A DNA stretch of 64,000 nt, taken from assembly GCF_020745735.1 (NCBI RefSeq), contig NC_083418.1, positions 49,741,776-49,805,775 on the forward strand, in the 5' to 3' direction. Positions within the stretch are counted from its first letter, which is position 1. Each line of letters begins with the position of its first letter. The stretch is from Hemiscyllium ocellatum. Taxonomy: Eukaryota. This document shows, one piece after another, positions 26,801-40,263 of this stretch. The notes under the pieces were generated by a model that was not told the DNA's origin, ran no database searches, and worked only from the letters and a program-made list of their open reading frames with translations. The translations under genes were made by a program, and so were the position numbers.

Positions 26801-27329
26801 GATAAATGTAAAGACTTTTTGCATCTGTTTTGAACACAGGACGAATTTAGACGATGCAAGTTTTAGTTTAACTTGTTTGCACACAAATGGCACTTACCGT
26901 TCTGCTTTAAACACTAATTTTGTATAGCTGGTTAATATTAAAACAAAAAAAAATCCAGTTTGAAATTATTCATCATTTGAATGGTTCAGAATATAATTTC
27001 TTGACCTGAAATGTTATACTTGTTCAGTAGGCAAATTAAATATTGTTTGTTATAGCCAGCAGTTAAATTTGGGGTGGTAGGCTCAGTTATATGTTAAAAC
27101 AGCCGACTTTGACTAAATTAATTTCCATTACTTACATTTCTTACCTCTTTACCCTGTGAGTTAGGGCAGGACTTTCAGTTGACTACTATCCAGCAGATTT
27201 TTAGATGAGGATTATTCCCAGCTGCAATGTTCTTCACAGGGAAATACCCTGCCTAAGTATTATCAATCCTCACACATGGATTGATCATGTGGGTGAGCTA
27301 AGCCATTATAATACCAGATGTTAGAAAAA

Positions 27330-28100
27330 AATAAATTTGCTGGAAAACCTCAGCAGGTCTGGCAGCATCAGAGAAGATAAATTAGAGTTAATGTTTGGGG
27401 TCCGGTAATCCTTCCTCAGAATTGATGGTAACTAGGAAAATGTTGATTTTATGCCAAAGATGGGGTGGTGGGATGTAGGGAGTAAACAGTAGCGATAGAG
27501 TTCAAAGAGAGAGAACAGCTGGATAGACACAGGAGTGGATAACAATCTGGCTAGGAGGATGAGTTACTACTAACGGAGACTTGTTTGTGTCAATAATGGG
27601 TTGTGTGTAATAGCAGACTGATAAAAGCGAAATCAGAGTTAACATTTCAGATCTTTCTGAGAGATCTAAAGAAGGGTCACCAGCCCCGAAACATTAACTT
27701 TGATTTTGCTTCACAGATATTGCCAGACTTGCTGAGTTTTTCCAGCAGCTTCTGCTTTTGTTTCTGTTTTACAGCGTCTGCAGTTTTTTTGGCTTTTATC
27801 TGATAACAAGGCCTGGTGTGTAGGGTGGGGGCTAGGACATAGGAGAGTTCAAACTCTCTATAAAGTTATTGAACTCGATATTGGGCAGAGTCCCCAAGTG
27901 AAAAATGAGGTGTTGTTCTTCCAGCTTATGCTGAGCTTCACTGGAGCACTGCAGCAAGCCCAAGACCGGGATATTGACCAGGGAACAGGGTGGTGTGTTA
28001 ACGTGGCAGACAACTGGAAATTCAGGGTCATAGGTGTTCTGTGAAGCAGTCACCCAGTCTATGCTTCGTTTTCCCCAATGTAGAGGAGACCACATTGTGA
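27330..28100. mobile_element. Penelope-derived terminal repeats plus GIY-YIG fragment
   Basis: HKLEEQHLIFHLGTL (ORF 27832-28107, -). Inverted arms near 27340-27420 and 27660-27760. Confidence 0.6.
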
Positions 28101-28169
28101 GCAGCAAAGGCAGTAGACAAGATTGTGTGAGAAAGAGATGGGCAGCAAAATAATAATGAGAAATTTAGA

Positions 28170-28640
28170 GTTTCAATCAGAAAACTGTCATTTCAGTGTA
28201 CTAACTTGTGTGTCAAGGCCACGCAGATAGGGGCTCTATTCATGGGAGTTTAGAAGAAAGAGAGATGATCTCATTGAAAGATATAGGATTTTATGGGGCT
28301 TGACTTGGTAAATGCTGAGAGGATGTTTCTCCTTGTGGGAAAGTCTAAGACCAGAAGATAGTATCAGAATAAAGGATTGCCAATTTGAGACAGATCAGCA
28401 GGAATTTCTCCTAAGGGTTAAGAGTCTTTAGAACTATTTGCCACAGAAAGCTGTGGGGAAGATTCAATATCTATATTTAGGCTAAGATAGATACTTGATC
28501 AGTGGGGGAATGAAAGGTAACAGGAAAAAGGCAGCAAAGTGGGTGTGAGGAATGCCATCAGCCATGATCCTATTAAATGGTGGAGCAGGCTTACGGGGCT
28601 GAATCGACTTCTCCTGTTCCCATTTCTTATGGTCTTGTGG
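28170..28640 (+). mobile_element. Degenerate CR1 3' fragment
   Basis: ctctattc..gagtttagaagaaagagagatgatctcattgaa and a CR1 3' UTR. Confidence 0.6.
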
Positions 28641-31600
28641 AAATGCCAGTTTGCTACAAAAAAAGTTAAATGAGACATGAAACTGATATCTTTTCTGGTG
28701 TCACTGTTTCATAGAGGACATCCCAATGTCCTGGTGAATATTTAATCTTCAGTCAGCATCACAATACAGTGTTATCTGATCATTACTGTGACATTACTAT
28801 TTGTGAGAACTTTACTTTTTTGCTATGTAATATCACCATCACATTAAACCATTGGGCATGAACTTAAAGATTTCCAGTGGATATAACATGGCACATTGAT
28901 AAATAACTTTGTATTTATAATAAGGGGAGGTGAAACTTACTATTTGGCACAACTTAGGTAGAGTTTTATTGTTAAAATGTGTGAGACTGTTAAACATTTG
29001 AGAAAAATAAAAGGTGTGAAGGTGTTTTTCAATTTTAGCCCATTCTGGATCACTGAATTTGATGTGCACATCATTGAGAAAATACAACAGCAGTTTTAGA
29101 TTTGCAATTCATTTCAGTTCTCCAATTGTACATGAGATTTCATCAAATTTTGTTATATTTCAAGGCTGACTTTAGGTATGGAATTCTCTATGTTTTGTCC
29201 AGATTTTTAGAAGTACACATCTCTTCCTATGCAAACTCAGACTGAATGAAGCAGGTTGATTGGCAAATTTTTTTTTTCCCAAAAGAGTTTAGTTACAATG
29301 GAATTGTTTTGCAGTCTGTAAATCCAAGATTTATCAATTTGTTCACTGAATCACAAAGTAGACAAGCTATTGATCACGACCAGTAAAACTCAACCTCACC
29401 CCAGGAATTTCGTCAAATTTGTTACCATAATGAAATTACTATTTATTGTAAGACTGTCATTTGTAAAGTTGACATAGATACTTTTTTAAAAAAATGAATT
29501 ATAGAGACAAAAAAAAACATGTTTTGTCACTGGTATGGATTATAACTTTAAAACTCTACTTTTGGAACTGGAAAATGTGTTAATAGCATATTTTAATAAA
29601 TGAAACAATGAAACAATTGCTTTCCGTATTATGTGAAAGATTTCCTAAACTCAAGCTAGAAAAAAATAGTACAACTCCGGTGTACATGAGCTGGCAGTTC
29701 CTTCACCAGTTTTGCGGGTACCTGACCATTGGGATTTTCTTCCAGGAAATGGCAAATACAAAGATGAGTGTATCAAAATCGTATACCATAAACATGCATC
29801 ACCCAATATAATTACCATTTTGTTCCTAAGGTAGCATAGATCAACAAATTTATAAAGGATTTCAGTGTAAGTCCTCAAATTGTAGGAGAAACAACTTTAT
29901 TTGAATAGAAGTAAAACTTGTTGATTAAATGTCGGCTGTCTGCAGTTAGGCTCTGCCCTGCAGTAGGTCACTTCCAAGTACAATTAGAGATCTTTGCCCA
30001 ACATTTTTAAGAGCAGCTTACAAATTAGCAGAGCTCTGTAAGATGACATCATGGTAAACATTAGTTCTATCATGCTAAGAATTTAGCCAAGTTCTACAAA
30101 AACAGAATAGCTGGACCACGGTATTGCATGTGTTAAATTTTGTTGGCTACACGAGTCCAAATTTTAATGTATCTGATCATGTCTTTGTTGCTAAAGTTAA
30201 TTAAAACTGAAGTATTATCAATGGTGAGTTACTTAATAATTAGATTTTTTTTGTATAATGTACCTTAGAGCCACTCCATAAAATTTTAGAGAAATCTTCA
30301 AGTTGTCTGTAAAATTTAATTGGAGACAGAATGAAATATTTCCCATAGCTTCCCAAGTATTGAGACTTGATGCAAAAGCAGGAATTCTGGAGAAACTCAG
30401 CAGATTTGGCAGCACCTATAGACAGAAAGCAGAGTTAATGTTTGAGTTCAGTGACCCTTCTTCAGAAGAGACTTAGAGTCACACAAAGATGTACAACATG
30501 GAAGCAAACCCGTTGGTCCAATTCGTCCATGCCGACCAATATCCTAACCTAATCTAGTTTCGTTTGCCATCACATGGCTCATATCCCTCTAAACCTTCCT
30601 ATTCATATACCCATCCCTTGATGTTGCCTTATTATATAACCTGTGGGTAACGACAAGATGCTCCATATGGTGTAATCTAAAAATCATAAAAGCAAGTACA
30701 GTAACAGTATTTGTTATACTTCTTCCCTCCTCTATGGTTTGCTGTTGCTTTACCTGTGATAGTTTCTTATTTTTATATCCCTGGCAATGGAATCCATCTT
30801 TTTCCAATGAATGTGTGTCAGAAAGTGCTCTGCCTTAATTTTTTTTTAAATGATCAGTTCTTGAATAGTGAATAATGGGTAATCTATCTCTAAAGAGAGA
30901 TTTTACCCATAAGAAATAATAAAATGTGTTCTAGCCAACCAAAACTACTGTAATTAATGTTGCCCTTATGCTGATGAACTGCTGAATTGTTGCTTCATTG
31001 TTTCCACTATATGTGGATGGTAGTTAATACAAAATTATATTGTTTGTAATACAAAGACAATTTGTAATTAAATGTATTCTAATGAGAAAATATAAATGTT
31101 CAAATACCATGATCTATAAATACAGTAAATAGTGAAAGCCAAATAAAATAGCGAGAATACTATTTTATTCCTTAGATATTCACAGAAATGTGTTCAGTGG
31201 GTGACTGGTAACATTTTGAATTATCTTTCTAGACATGAACAATGGGTAATTTTTTTTTCATATTTCCTCATGCACTCCTATCCATGGTCATGTTGTTTTG
31301 CTAAATATCAGGCAGTCAAAACTGGATTCAATGTTAGTTATGTTTTATTTAATATTTTACTTTTGTATCTGCTCTGCTTTTTGTGCTGTAACCAATTTCT
31401 ACATATCATTAGCTTTTTTTAAAGCTTTGATTCAAATTAGAATCAATTTGTATGTGTGGAAACACTCTTTACACCATTCAATTCCTTTTAAAACTTTATT
31501 GACAATATATAATTTTTCACATCTTTGATTTTAAAATTATTCCTAAAGTCCCCCAATGGATCTACCTGCTCTTCATCCTCAACATCTTTTCTCTTGGACA

Positions 31601-32924
31601 AAAGACCCAATGTCAGATTCATGCACATTGGCAACACATCTTTTCATTACAACCTCTATGCTAGAACACCTGTCCTGGAAGAATTGCCCTTTCTTCATTT
31701 TTTTTATTTTTGGGAAAACCGATGACATTATCTTTGGCCTCCCAACAGAAACAGAATACTATTTTCTATCGATTCAATGTCTTCTCCAAGAACCAGAGAG
31801 AGAGAGAGAATGCGTGAGTGCGATCAGACTGATCGCCACCTTTCTGCTTTACTTTACCTAGATTTGAGCTTCTGATGCCATTTTCTAATGATCAGATGTC
31901 TACTTCTGCCTCTACTTGAGTTACTTTTTGTGTTGGTGTCACCTTCAGTCTTGGCCATTCCAATGTATGTAAAGCTGACTGATCAAGAACACCCCCAAGA
32001 TATTTCACATTGTTCCAAACTTCTGCTGCACCCTATTCTGTACTGTTCTTTTTTTCTCTCCCTGCCCACCTCCCCCCCCACCCCCACCCCCAAATATGCG
32101 CTTTTAATTTATTTTGCCTCCTGGTTTCCCAGTACTTTTGATTTAAAATTCTCAATCAAATTGTTCATACCCATTTGTGATCACTTCTGTGGGTTTTCTC
32201 CTACAATCATTTCCTCTATGCTTCTCACCATGAGCATCTGTACCTTTGGTCTGAAGCTCTGAATTGCTCCTGTAATAATCTTCCCTTCTAAAACTTTTCA
32301 CCTCCCTTTTCTTTAACATCCATTATTTGGCAATGCCTCTACCCACACCTTTTTAATGTGTATTTTTGACTTTTCTGTTTGTTCTGCAAATATGGGCATC
32401 TTTTGCATATCTAATTGCCTCTAAGGAAATGGTAGTCAGCTGCCATCTTGAACATCTGCAGTGTATCTAAAGGTAATACAGCAACAATAAAAATATGAAA
32501 ATAAAGTTCACATTGGGGGTAATATCCAACAACTTACAAGTGGTGATGTTCCTATACATTTGTTGTCCTTGTCCTGGGTGGTTGAAGTTGTTGGTTTGGA
32601 AGGTATAATCAAAGGAGTCTTGGTGAGTTACTGCATTGTAAATGGACACACTGTTGCCATTGAGTGCATTGTACTCCCTCCATTTGTTAGTGGAGGGGTT
32701 GCGAATCAAGCTTACTGCTTCATGCTGAATGGTGTCAAGATTCCTGACTATTACTTGAACTGCACTCTTTCAGCCAAGTTCTCCTAACTTGTAAGCATTT
32801 TGATAGGGGAAACATTTTGAGAAGACAGTGCAATGTACTGGTTTAAGGACTATCAGCCACTAATCTTTTATAGTCACTGTATTTATATGACTGGTCTTGT
32901 TTAATTTCTGATGAATGGTAATAG

Positions 32925-34635
32925 AACATAGAACAATACAGCGCAGAACAGGCCCTTCAGCCCTCAATATTGCGCCCACCTGTGAACTATTCTCAGCTCG
33001 TCCCCCTACCCTATCTCATCATCATCCATATGCTTATACAAGGATTGCTTAAATCTCCCTAATGTGGCTGAGTTAACTACATTGGCAGGCAGGCCATTCC
33101 ATGCCCTTACCACTCTGAGTAAAGAACCTGCCTCTGACATCTGTCTTAACTACAAATTGAGGGATGATAGATGTATGTCCCCTTGTGCAAGCTGATGTCA
33201 TCGTCCTAGGAAAATGACTTTCACTGTCTACCCTATCTAATCCTCTGATCATCTTGTATGTCTCTATCAAATCCCCTCTAAGCCTTCTTCTTTCCAATGA
33301 GAACAGACCCAAGTTTCTCAGTCTTTCCCCATAACAGCTTCCCTCCAGACCAGGCAACATCCTGGTAAATCTCCTTTGCACCTTTTCCAATACTTCCTCA
33401 TCCTTTCTGAAATATGGCAACCAGAACCGTACACAATATTCCATGTGTGGCCGCATAGCATTTTGTATAGTTGCAGCATGATATTGCGGCTCAGGGACTT
33501 AATCCCTCTACCAATGAAACCTAACACACCGTATGCCTTCTTAACAGCACTATCCACCCGGGTGGCAACTTTCAGGGATCTATGTACATGGACTCCAAGA
33601 TCCCTCTGCACATCCACGCTACCAAGAATCTTTCCATTGACCCAGTACTCTGCCTTCCTGTTATTTATCCCAAAGTAAATCGCCTCACATTTATCTGCAT
33701 TGAACTCCATTTGCCATCTCTCAGCCCAATTCTGCAGTTTATCCAAGTCCTCCTACAACCTGTAACATTCTTCCAAACTGTCGACTACTCCACCAACTTT
33801 AGTGTCATCTACAAATTTACTAATCCATCCACCTATACCCTCTTTCCCCACCCCCCCGTCTCAGAAAGCCAGTTTCTACTCTGAACTGCTAAGTCATCCT
33901 CAATACCATGCCTCTGCATTTTCTCCACTGGCCAACCACATAGAGCCTTATCAAAGGCTTTACTGAAGTCCACGTATAACACGTCAACTGCCCTATCCTC
34001 ATCGACATGCTTGGTCACCTTCTCAAAAAATTCAGGTTTGTGAGACACGACCTGCCCTTGACAAAAATATGTTGACTATCTGAAATCAAATTGTTGCTTG
34101 CTAGATGATTATAAATCTTACCTCTTATAATCCTTTCCTGCAACAGAAGTAAGTCTCATTGGTCTATAATTACCTGGATCATCTCTACTGTCCTTCTTGA
34201 ACAAGGGCACAACATTTGCAATCCTCCAGTCCTCAGGTACTAAACCTGTAGACAATGATGACTCCTATCAATCCAAGATTCTGCTAACTCTTCCCTAGCT
34301 TCCCAGAGAATCCTCTGATAAATCCTATCCAGTCCAAGGGACTTGTCTACTTTCACTCCCTCTAAAACTGGTAACACCTGTTCAGTAACTAACCTTAATC
34401 CTTTCTAGTCTAATATCTCATTTCTTTTCCTCTATAATATTTGCCTTTTCCTGAGTAAAAACTGATGAGAAATATTCATTTAGCACCTCTTGGGTCTCCA
34501 CAGGGTCCACAAACAACTTCCCACTTCTGTCTTTGACTGGCCCTATTCCTACTCTAGTCATCCTTTTATTCCTCACATACCTATAGAAAGCTTTAGAGTT
34601 CTCCTTTATTCTATTTGCTAAAGACTGCTCATGAA
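32925..34635 (-). mobile_element. CR1 LINE ORF2 fragment with 3' end
   Basis: IKENSKAFYRYVRNKR, DVLYVDFSKAFDK, WAERWQMEFNADKC, RPHMEYCVRFW. Confidence 0.9.
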
Positions 34636-35649
34636 GAGCGGCAACTTGAACATTGGTTGGGTCTAGTGTAGACAGTGACAAGGCAGTAGAGGGGGCATGG
34701 CAGCACAGGTATTGGTGATGGACTGGCTCAGGACTGATGGCCTCTAAGCTACATCTTCAGTTTTTTTCCCTTTTTTAAACTATTCAAAATTGCATCAGAT
34801 CATGGCAAAAGTGGAAAGGTTTTTCACTGTATTTTGTTTTTCCTCTCTGTAAAATACATGTTACAATAAAATTATTTGATTCCTGCCTGATGGATTCAAG
34901 TTATCAGAAAACGTGGAAGTTCTTATACTTTTTTTCAAAGCAACAGTTCATAATTGTTGCCATGGTCACTACTACAGCAACTAGATTTGTACTTCAAATT
35001 TCTTTACTGAATATTTTTCAATAGTGTCCACATAGCCCAAGCTAATGCTAAGATTACTATTTATCCTAAATTAGTAATATCTGATCACAAACAATCAAAG
35101 AACTATCAACATAGCTGTTCTACTTAAAAAAATCTAGCCCTTTTCTAATACATAATTTACCACCACCCCCACCTCAGTCGTGCACTGGCAATAAGTCACC
35201 ACCACCCTGGTGACACTACAGGGGCCTGGCTGCCACTTCCACTGATAGGACATTTGATGTCAAGGAGAGCCTGCCACTACCCAATCAAGTGCCTTAATGG
35301 TACAAAACCCAGCTGATCTTTCCTTAATAGAAAGTGATGCAGGACTCTTCAGGTCATGGATGTGATCCCCATCATCTCTTTGAAGTCCTGTCGCTGGAGA
35401 GGGGTGTTGGGTCAGATTGTCTTGGTCCGTGTGGGTTCCAACAACTCCTAAGGAAGATAGCATGCTGAGGGACAATGAGAAACTAGAGGCTGAATTTTAA
35501 AAACACAAATCATTGGTGGTAATCTATGTATTACTACCTAAATTATGAGCAAACTGGCCCAGGGTAAGTACGATCAGAAGGTTGAGTATGTGGCTCAACA
35601 ATTGGTGTGAGTGGGATGGTTTTTGTGTTATTTGGCACCAGAGCAAGAG

Positions 35650-36220
35650 GGAGATGTATGATCAGGATGACATTTGCTGGATGCTATGAACAGTTTTGGG
35701 CCTCTTATCTAAGACAATATATACAGACACTGGTGACAATACAAAAGAACAATGTTCACTAAGGTTCACCTTGGGTATGGAGGAATCTTCTAGTGAGGAG
35801 ACATTGAATGGGTTGAGCCTGTACTCACTGAAATTTAGAAAAGTAAGAGGTGACATTGAAATATATTCTTGGGGAACTTGACAGGGGGAATGTTTCCCCT
35901 GGTGGGAGAATCTAGGACCAGAGGTCAAAATGTGAAAATTAGGGGTCACCCATTTCAGATGAAGATGATGAATTTCTTTCTCCAAGGCTATTGAATCTGT
36001 CAAGTTCTTTATTGCAGAGGGCTGAGTCACAAAGTATGTTCAAGGCTGAGATGGGCAAATTTGTAATCAGTAAGGGAATCAAGGGTTATAGGGAAATTCA
36101 GGAAAGTGAAGTTAATGATTATCAGATCAGCCATGACCTCATTGAATGATGAAGCAAATTTGAAGAGCTGGAAGAGTTTTTTCTGCATTTCTGATTTATG
36201 GTCTTTCTTGAACCTTGCTG
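35650..36220 (+). mobile_element. Degenerate CR1 3' fragment
   Basis: LNGLSLYSLKFRKVRGDIE motif and 3' UTR. Confidence 0.6.
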
Positions 36221-37109
36221 AGACCTAGGTCCTGATAAATTCTATACCTCAGCCTGCAAAGAGGGCTTTAAACTAAATAGAGTTGAATTTCATTGTGATA
36301 AAAAAATTGATGAAGTTAATAAAGAGAATGATGACCAGAGTGAGACAAAGACCTGTAAAGCTTGCAGATAGAAGAGCAGAACAGTAAATGGGATAGCATA
36401 GTGGAAAGTGGTAAAGACAAAGGCTGTTTATCTGAAATTAAAACAAGGATGAATTACAGCAAAAAAAGAGTAAATGGGTATATTATGATAGCCCTTACAT
36501 AGTTGCAAAGTGACGAAGGCTGGGAACTGAAGAGGTAACATTTCAGAAGGAAAGAAAGAAAGGAAAAGGATGTGGATTAGCTCAGTTAATAATGAATGAG
36601 GTCAGCACAATAGCAAGTAATGATCATGTCTTCAAATATGAAAATGTAGAATCAGTTTGTGTAAACATTTTAAGTGGCACAGAAAAGAACTGGGTAGTTT
36701 ATGGGTCCCATTGGAGTAGATTTAATATAAAATAGAATAAGCATTCCAAACTAATGGAGCTTGTAAGAAAGGCACTGCAATACTTGCACATGCTTATAGT
36801 TATATTAATAATTGGACAAATCGAATTAATTGCATTGAAAATTAATTCATAATATATTCAAGAAAGTTCCTTAGAAAAAAATACTCTGAACCAACCAGAA
36901 AATAGACTAGTTCAGATATGTCATCTCTTACGTCTCATAGCTAAGAATCCTCAAGGCAAGAGTGAGCAATATATGGAATTTTGCTTTCAATTTGATGGCG
37001 AGAAACGTTAGTTTCAAACTAGTGTCTTAAGCATCCATAAAGATATCTACAATGGTAGAAAAGCAAAGTTTTTCCAGCATGCTCTATTTTTGTTTGTTGT
37101 TAATGTTCC

Positions 37110-37395
37110 GAGGACCTGGGTTTGAATCCCACTGTGGCAAATAGTGGAATTTACAAATATTTATCTGGAATTAAAGGTCTGACGATGACCATAAATCCAT
37201 TGTTGATTGTTGGAAAAACCCATATGGTTCACCTTACATCTTCGAGGGGAATGATTCTGCCAATTTTATCTGGTCTGGCCTACATGTGACACCAGACCCA
37301 CAGCACCGTGGTTGATTCTCTACTGCTTTCTGGGCAATTAAGGATGGGCAATAAATGCTGGCCTCATCAGTGACACTCTGATCCTGTGAATGGAT
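37110..37395 (+). mobile_element. tRNA-derived SINE, probably Deu-domain (SacSINE1-like)
   Basis: gggtttgaatccc B-box and ggtctggcctacatgtgac..cagacccacagca core. Family assignment is from memory. Confidence 0.45.
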
Positions 37396-37491
37396 AATAA
37401 GAAAACTTCCTTTCCTTTTTGTCATCTGCAAATTTAACTATCAGGCTTGCATTCCACTCATTTAAGAAGTTGACATACATTTTGAAAAAAA

Positions 37492-37660
37492 GTTGAAAAA
37501 TGTGTTGCTGGAAAAGCGCAGCAGGTCAGGCAGCATCCAAGAAACGTCGATTCTCCTGCTCCTTGGATGCTGCCTGACCTGCTGCGCTTTTCCAGCAACA
37601 CATTTTTCAACTCTGATCTCCAGCATATTCAGACCTCACTTTCTCTAGTTGAAAAAAAGT
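37492..37660. repeat. Short Penelope-derived hairpin flanked by 12-bp direct repeats
   Basis: Arms 37492-37611. TTGAAAAAAAGT at 37482-37493 and 37649-37660. Confidence 0.65.
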
Positions 37661-38489
37661 CCATCACAGACTCCCATAGGACTCGAGATTTCAATGAAGG
37701 TTCACTTGACTGATTCCAGAGTTGAAGGGATGAATTTATGAGAAAAAGGTGGGACAGATTGTGTTCATTTAGAAGATTAAAATACAAGGTTATTGAGACA
37801 TAAAATCCCGACGGTCTAACAGAGTGAATGCTTTTGCCACCGAGGAGATAATTTAAACTTAAAAACTAGGAACGGAGTAAATTATTCACTTTTTTAAAAA
37901 AGCCTGATCCACCATTGAATAGAATCGTGGCTGATCCACTACCGGAATGTCATATTCCAACTTTCTCCCCATTTCCCCAGATGCCTTTCAAAAACTAGAG
38001 AACACAGATCAAAAATAAGGAGTCTCACAAACTGAGAGCAAGCTGTGTGTTTCTCATCGTGACTCTGTGGGACTCCCCTCCCCACATAGCAGTGGTGGCA
38101 AGATCATCGAATACTTTTAAAGGCAGAAGTAGCTGGATTCTTGACTGACTTGGAGATGTGCAAGAGAATTGAGGCCACAATTAAATCAGCTATGATCTTC
38201 CTGAACGGTGGAGGAGGCTCGAAGGGCAGCAGGCACCTGCTCTCGATTCGCCTGTTTGATCAGAAAAGGCATTACCTGCTGTACAATAACTGATAAACCC
38301 ATAAACACTTCTTCAGAGCTGAAGAAAATAAACGGCAAAACACTTTATAAAGTTTATTGTTTTATCGATACACTGGAAATATGTTACGTAACATATTGCA
38401 TATCATAAATATAATATTTAATATACAGATATTTCTAAAAATATGACAAGTGTAATGTGACAATGGCTCCTCCTCATGTCCTTCCGCAT

Positions 38490-38800
38490 TCAGGCTGGAT
38501 GCGCCCCCAGCTCCGCCCAATCCCCGCCGTAACTCGGTGAAAGTGAAACTCGGGCGGAACGGAAGCTGCTGGTTCATGCTGGGTTTACGAGAGAGATTCG
38601 GGCCCGGGTTAGCGAAGACAGAGAGACACCATGAGCCGGGTGAGGAGCTCGCTGCCGCCTCTGGTCCCGGTGTTCGTGCTGCTGCTGCTGACTCTGGTAC
38701 CGCTCTCAGGTAAAGGTCGGGGATAGGAGGAGCGGCCGTTCGGCGGGCTGGGCGCTAAAGTTGCTGCAGATCTGTGGCCGCGTTAAAACGAAAACAACAA
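38490..38800 (+). promoter_or_regulatory. CpG-rich promoter/first-exon region of gene 2 with ISRE (38539-38550), GC boxes (38522-38528, 38552-38557) and tandem ETS CGGAA motifs (38555-38565)
   Basis: GAAAGTGAAACT matches the IRF consensus GAAANNGAAACT exactly. There is a local CpG/GC island in AT-rich flanks, about 80 bp upstream of a Kozak ATG. Confidence 0.7.
38631..38709 (+). CDS. Gene 2 signal-peptide exon (MSRVRSSLPPLVPVFVLLLLTLVPLS), phase 1
   Basis: acaccATG context, hydrophobic core, donor TCAG|gtaaag. Phase is compatible with the V exon at 57222; the linkage itself is inferred. Confidence 0.75.
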
Positions 38801-40060
38801 TTTGCCTGTCCTTCACCCCAGATCCTCACCCCTGTTTCCGAGAACGTCAGAATGGGAGAGAAAGTAAAACTGGCGAACGGTACACGCTGGTCTGACTTAT
38901 ATTTCCATTTCCAAGTATTACTTTAGTTTCATCCCTCTGGGAAAGCTATCCATGTAGTCCCATCCTCCGTGTATTAATCACGCCCCCAGTTTCCCGATAG
39001 ACATTTCTCTCTCCAGCAATTCCTTTTGAATACATTTTCAAACCAAGCGTCAGAAGATGACTAGTTTTGGGGTTTAATGTATGTGGGACTAATCAGGAGG
39101 CAAGGAAACACGTCTGCAAACTGAAGGTGACACTCCAGTGTAAAAACATTGCTGTTCCGCGGTACATTGTTCAGTACTACACAATAAAACTGGAGTAGTC
39201 ATTAAAACAAAACTGGGGAGGTGTGGATGCCTTGTTATGGTATGATAGTATCTCTGATTCAGGAAATGCAGGTCCAGGTCCTACCTGTTCCAGAGATATG
39301 TAATAACATCTCAACAAGTTGATTTAGAAATATCTGAAATACCTCTAAAATATCTCATGGACAAGAAAATCTTTTGCAATAGGAAGGTGTGTTGTAGTAG
39401 TGGTCAAAGTGTGGTGCTGGAAAAGCACAGCAGGTCAGGTAGTATCCAAGGAGTAGGTTGATTCAGAAATGTAAAAGTGGAGTGCTTTTATCTCCCCTTC
39501 CAGTTCCATTTTGATTTAGCCCTCATAGCCCCTCCCTAACCTTTGATGCTCTGCATTGCCTGTACTGGGCTTTGCAGGTAACTTAATCAGTTGGAAAACA
39601 TGGGTGATTTACTGGTGGTTAATAGATGAAAAAATACCACTGGCGATTTGTTGATTGAGAGGAAGACAAAAAAAAACAAGTTCATGTGCAAGAACACTTC
39701 TGAATATTAAAGGGAAAAAGTCTTTAAAAGACTGAAGTGGTTCACCTTTTATCACATTGACCTTAAAAGGTTCTGCATATAAATTGAACAATTGGAAACA
39801 TCCCTTCCCTGGCCTCTCCTGCCCAACAACCCCCCCCCCCCCCCCAATAAGCACAACAATCCCAATAAGCAAATTCATTTAAAACACCGTTTAAAAAAAA
39901 CTGGAATTGGTGCTTACAGGGTGAAGTTAGAAGGGCATAAGGAGAGAGAGAGAGAGTTTTTTAATGACTTGTTTCCATACAGCTCACTGTTGAACTACGA
40001 GCTAGTTCTGGATTGAACTGCTCAGCTAGAGAGCTGACCATTCCCCTTTCATTATACAGG

Positions 40061-40263
40061 GAGAAAGTGAGGACTGCAGATGCTGGAGATCAGAGCTGAA
40101 AATGTGTTGCTGGAAAAGCACAGCAGGTCAGGCAGCATCCAAGGAGCAGGAGAGTTGACGTTTCGGGCATGAGCCTGAAGAAGGGCTCATGCCCGAAACG
40201 TCAACTCTCCTGCTCCTTGGATGCTGCCCGACCTGCTGTGCTTTTCCAGCAACACATTTTCAG
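40061..40263. repeat. Penelope-derived hairpin with hammerhead core, inserted in the Gypsy 3' LTR, 17-bp TSD
   Basis: CCCTTTCATTATACAGG at 40044-40060 and 40264-40280. CTGAAGA-A-GGGC(TCAT)GCCC-GAAACGTC at 40175-40202. Confidence 0.75.

Noticed and set aside
26801-27340. PolyA signal for gene 1
   Set aside because: Only ambiguous ATTAAA/AATAAA hits in AT-rich or repeat-adjacent sequence, so the 3' end cannot be placed.
31525-32300. Possible L1/Tx1 endonuclease remnant (LGDF-like motif on -)
   Set aside because: Too degenerate to delimit or assign with confidence.
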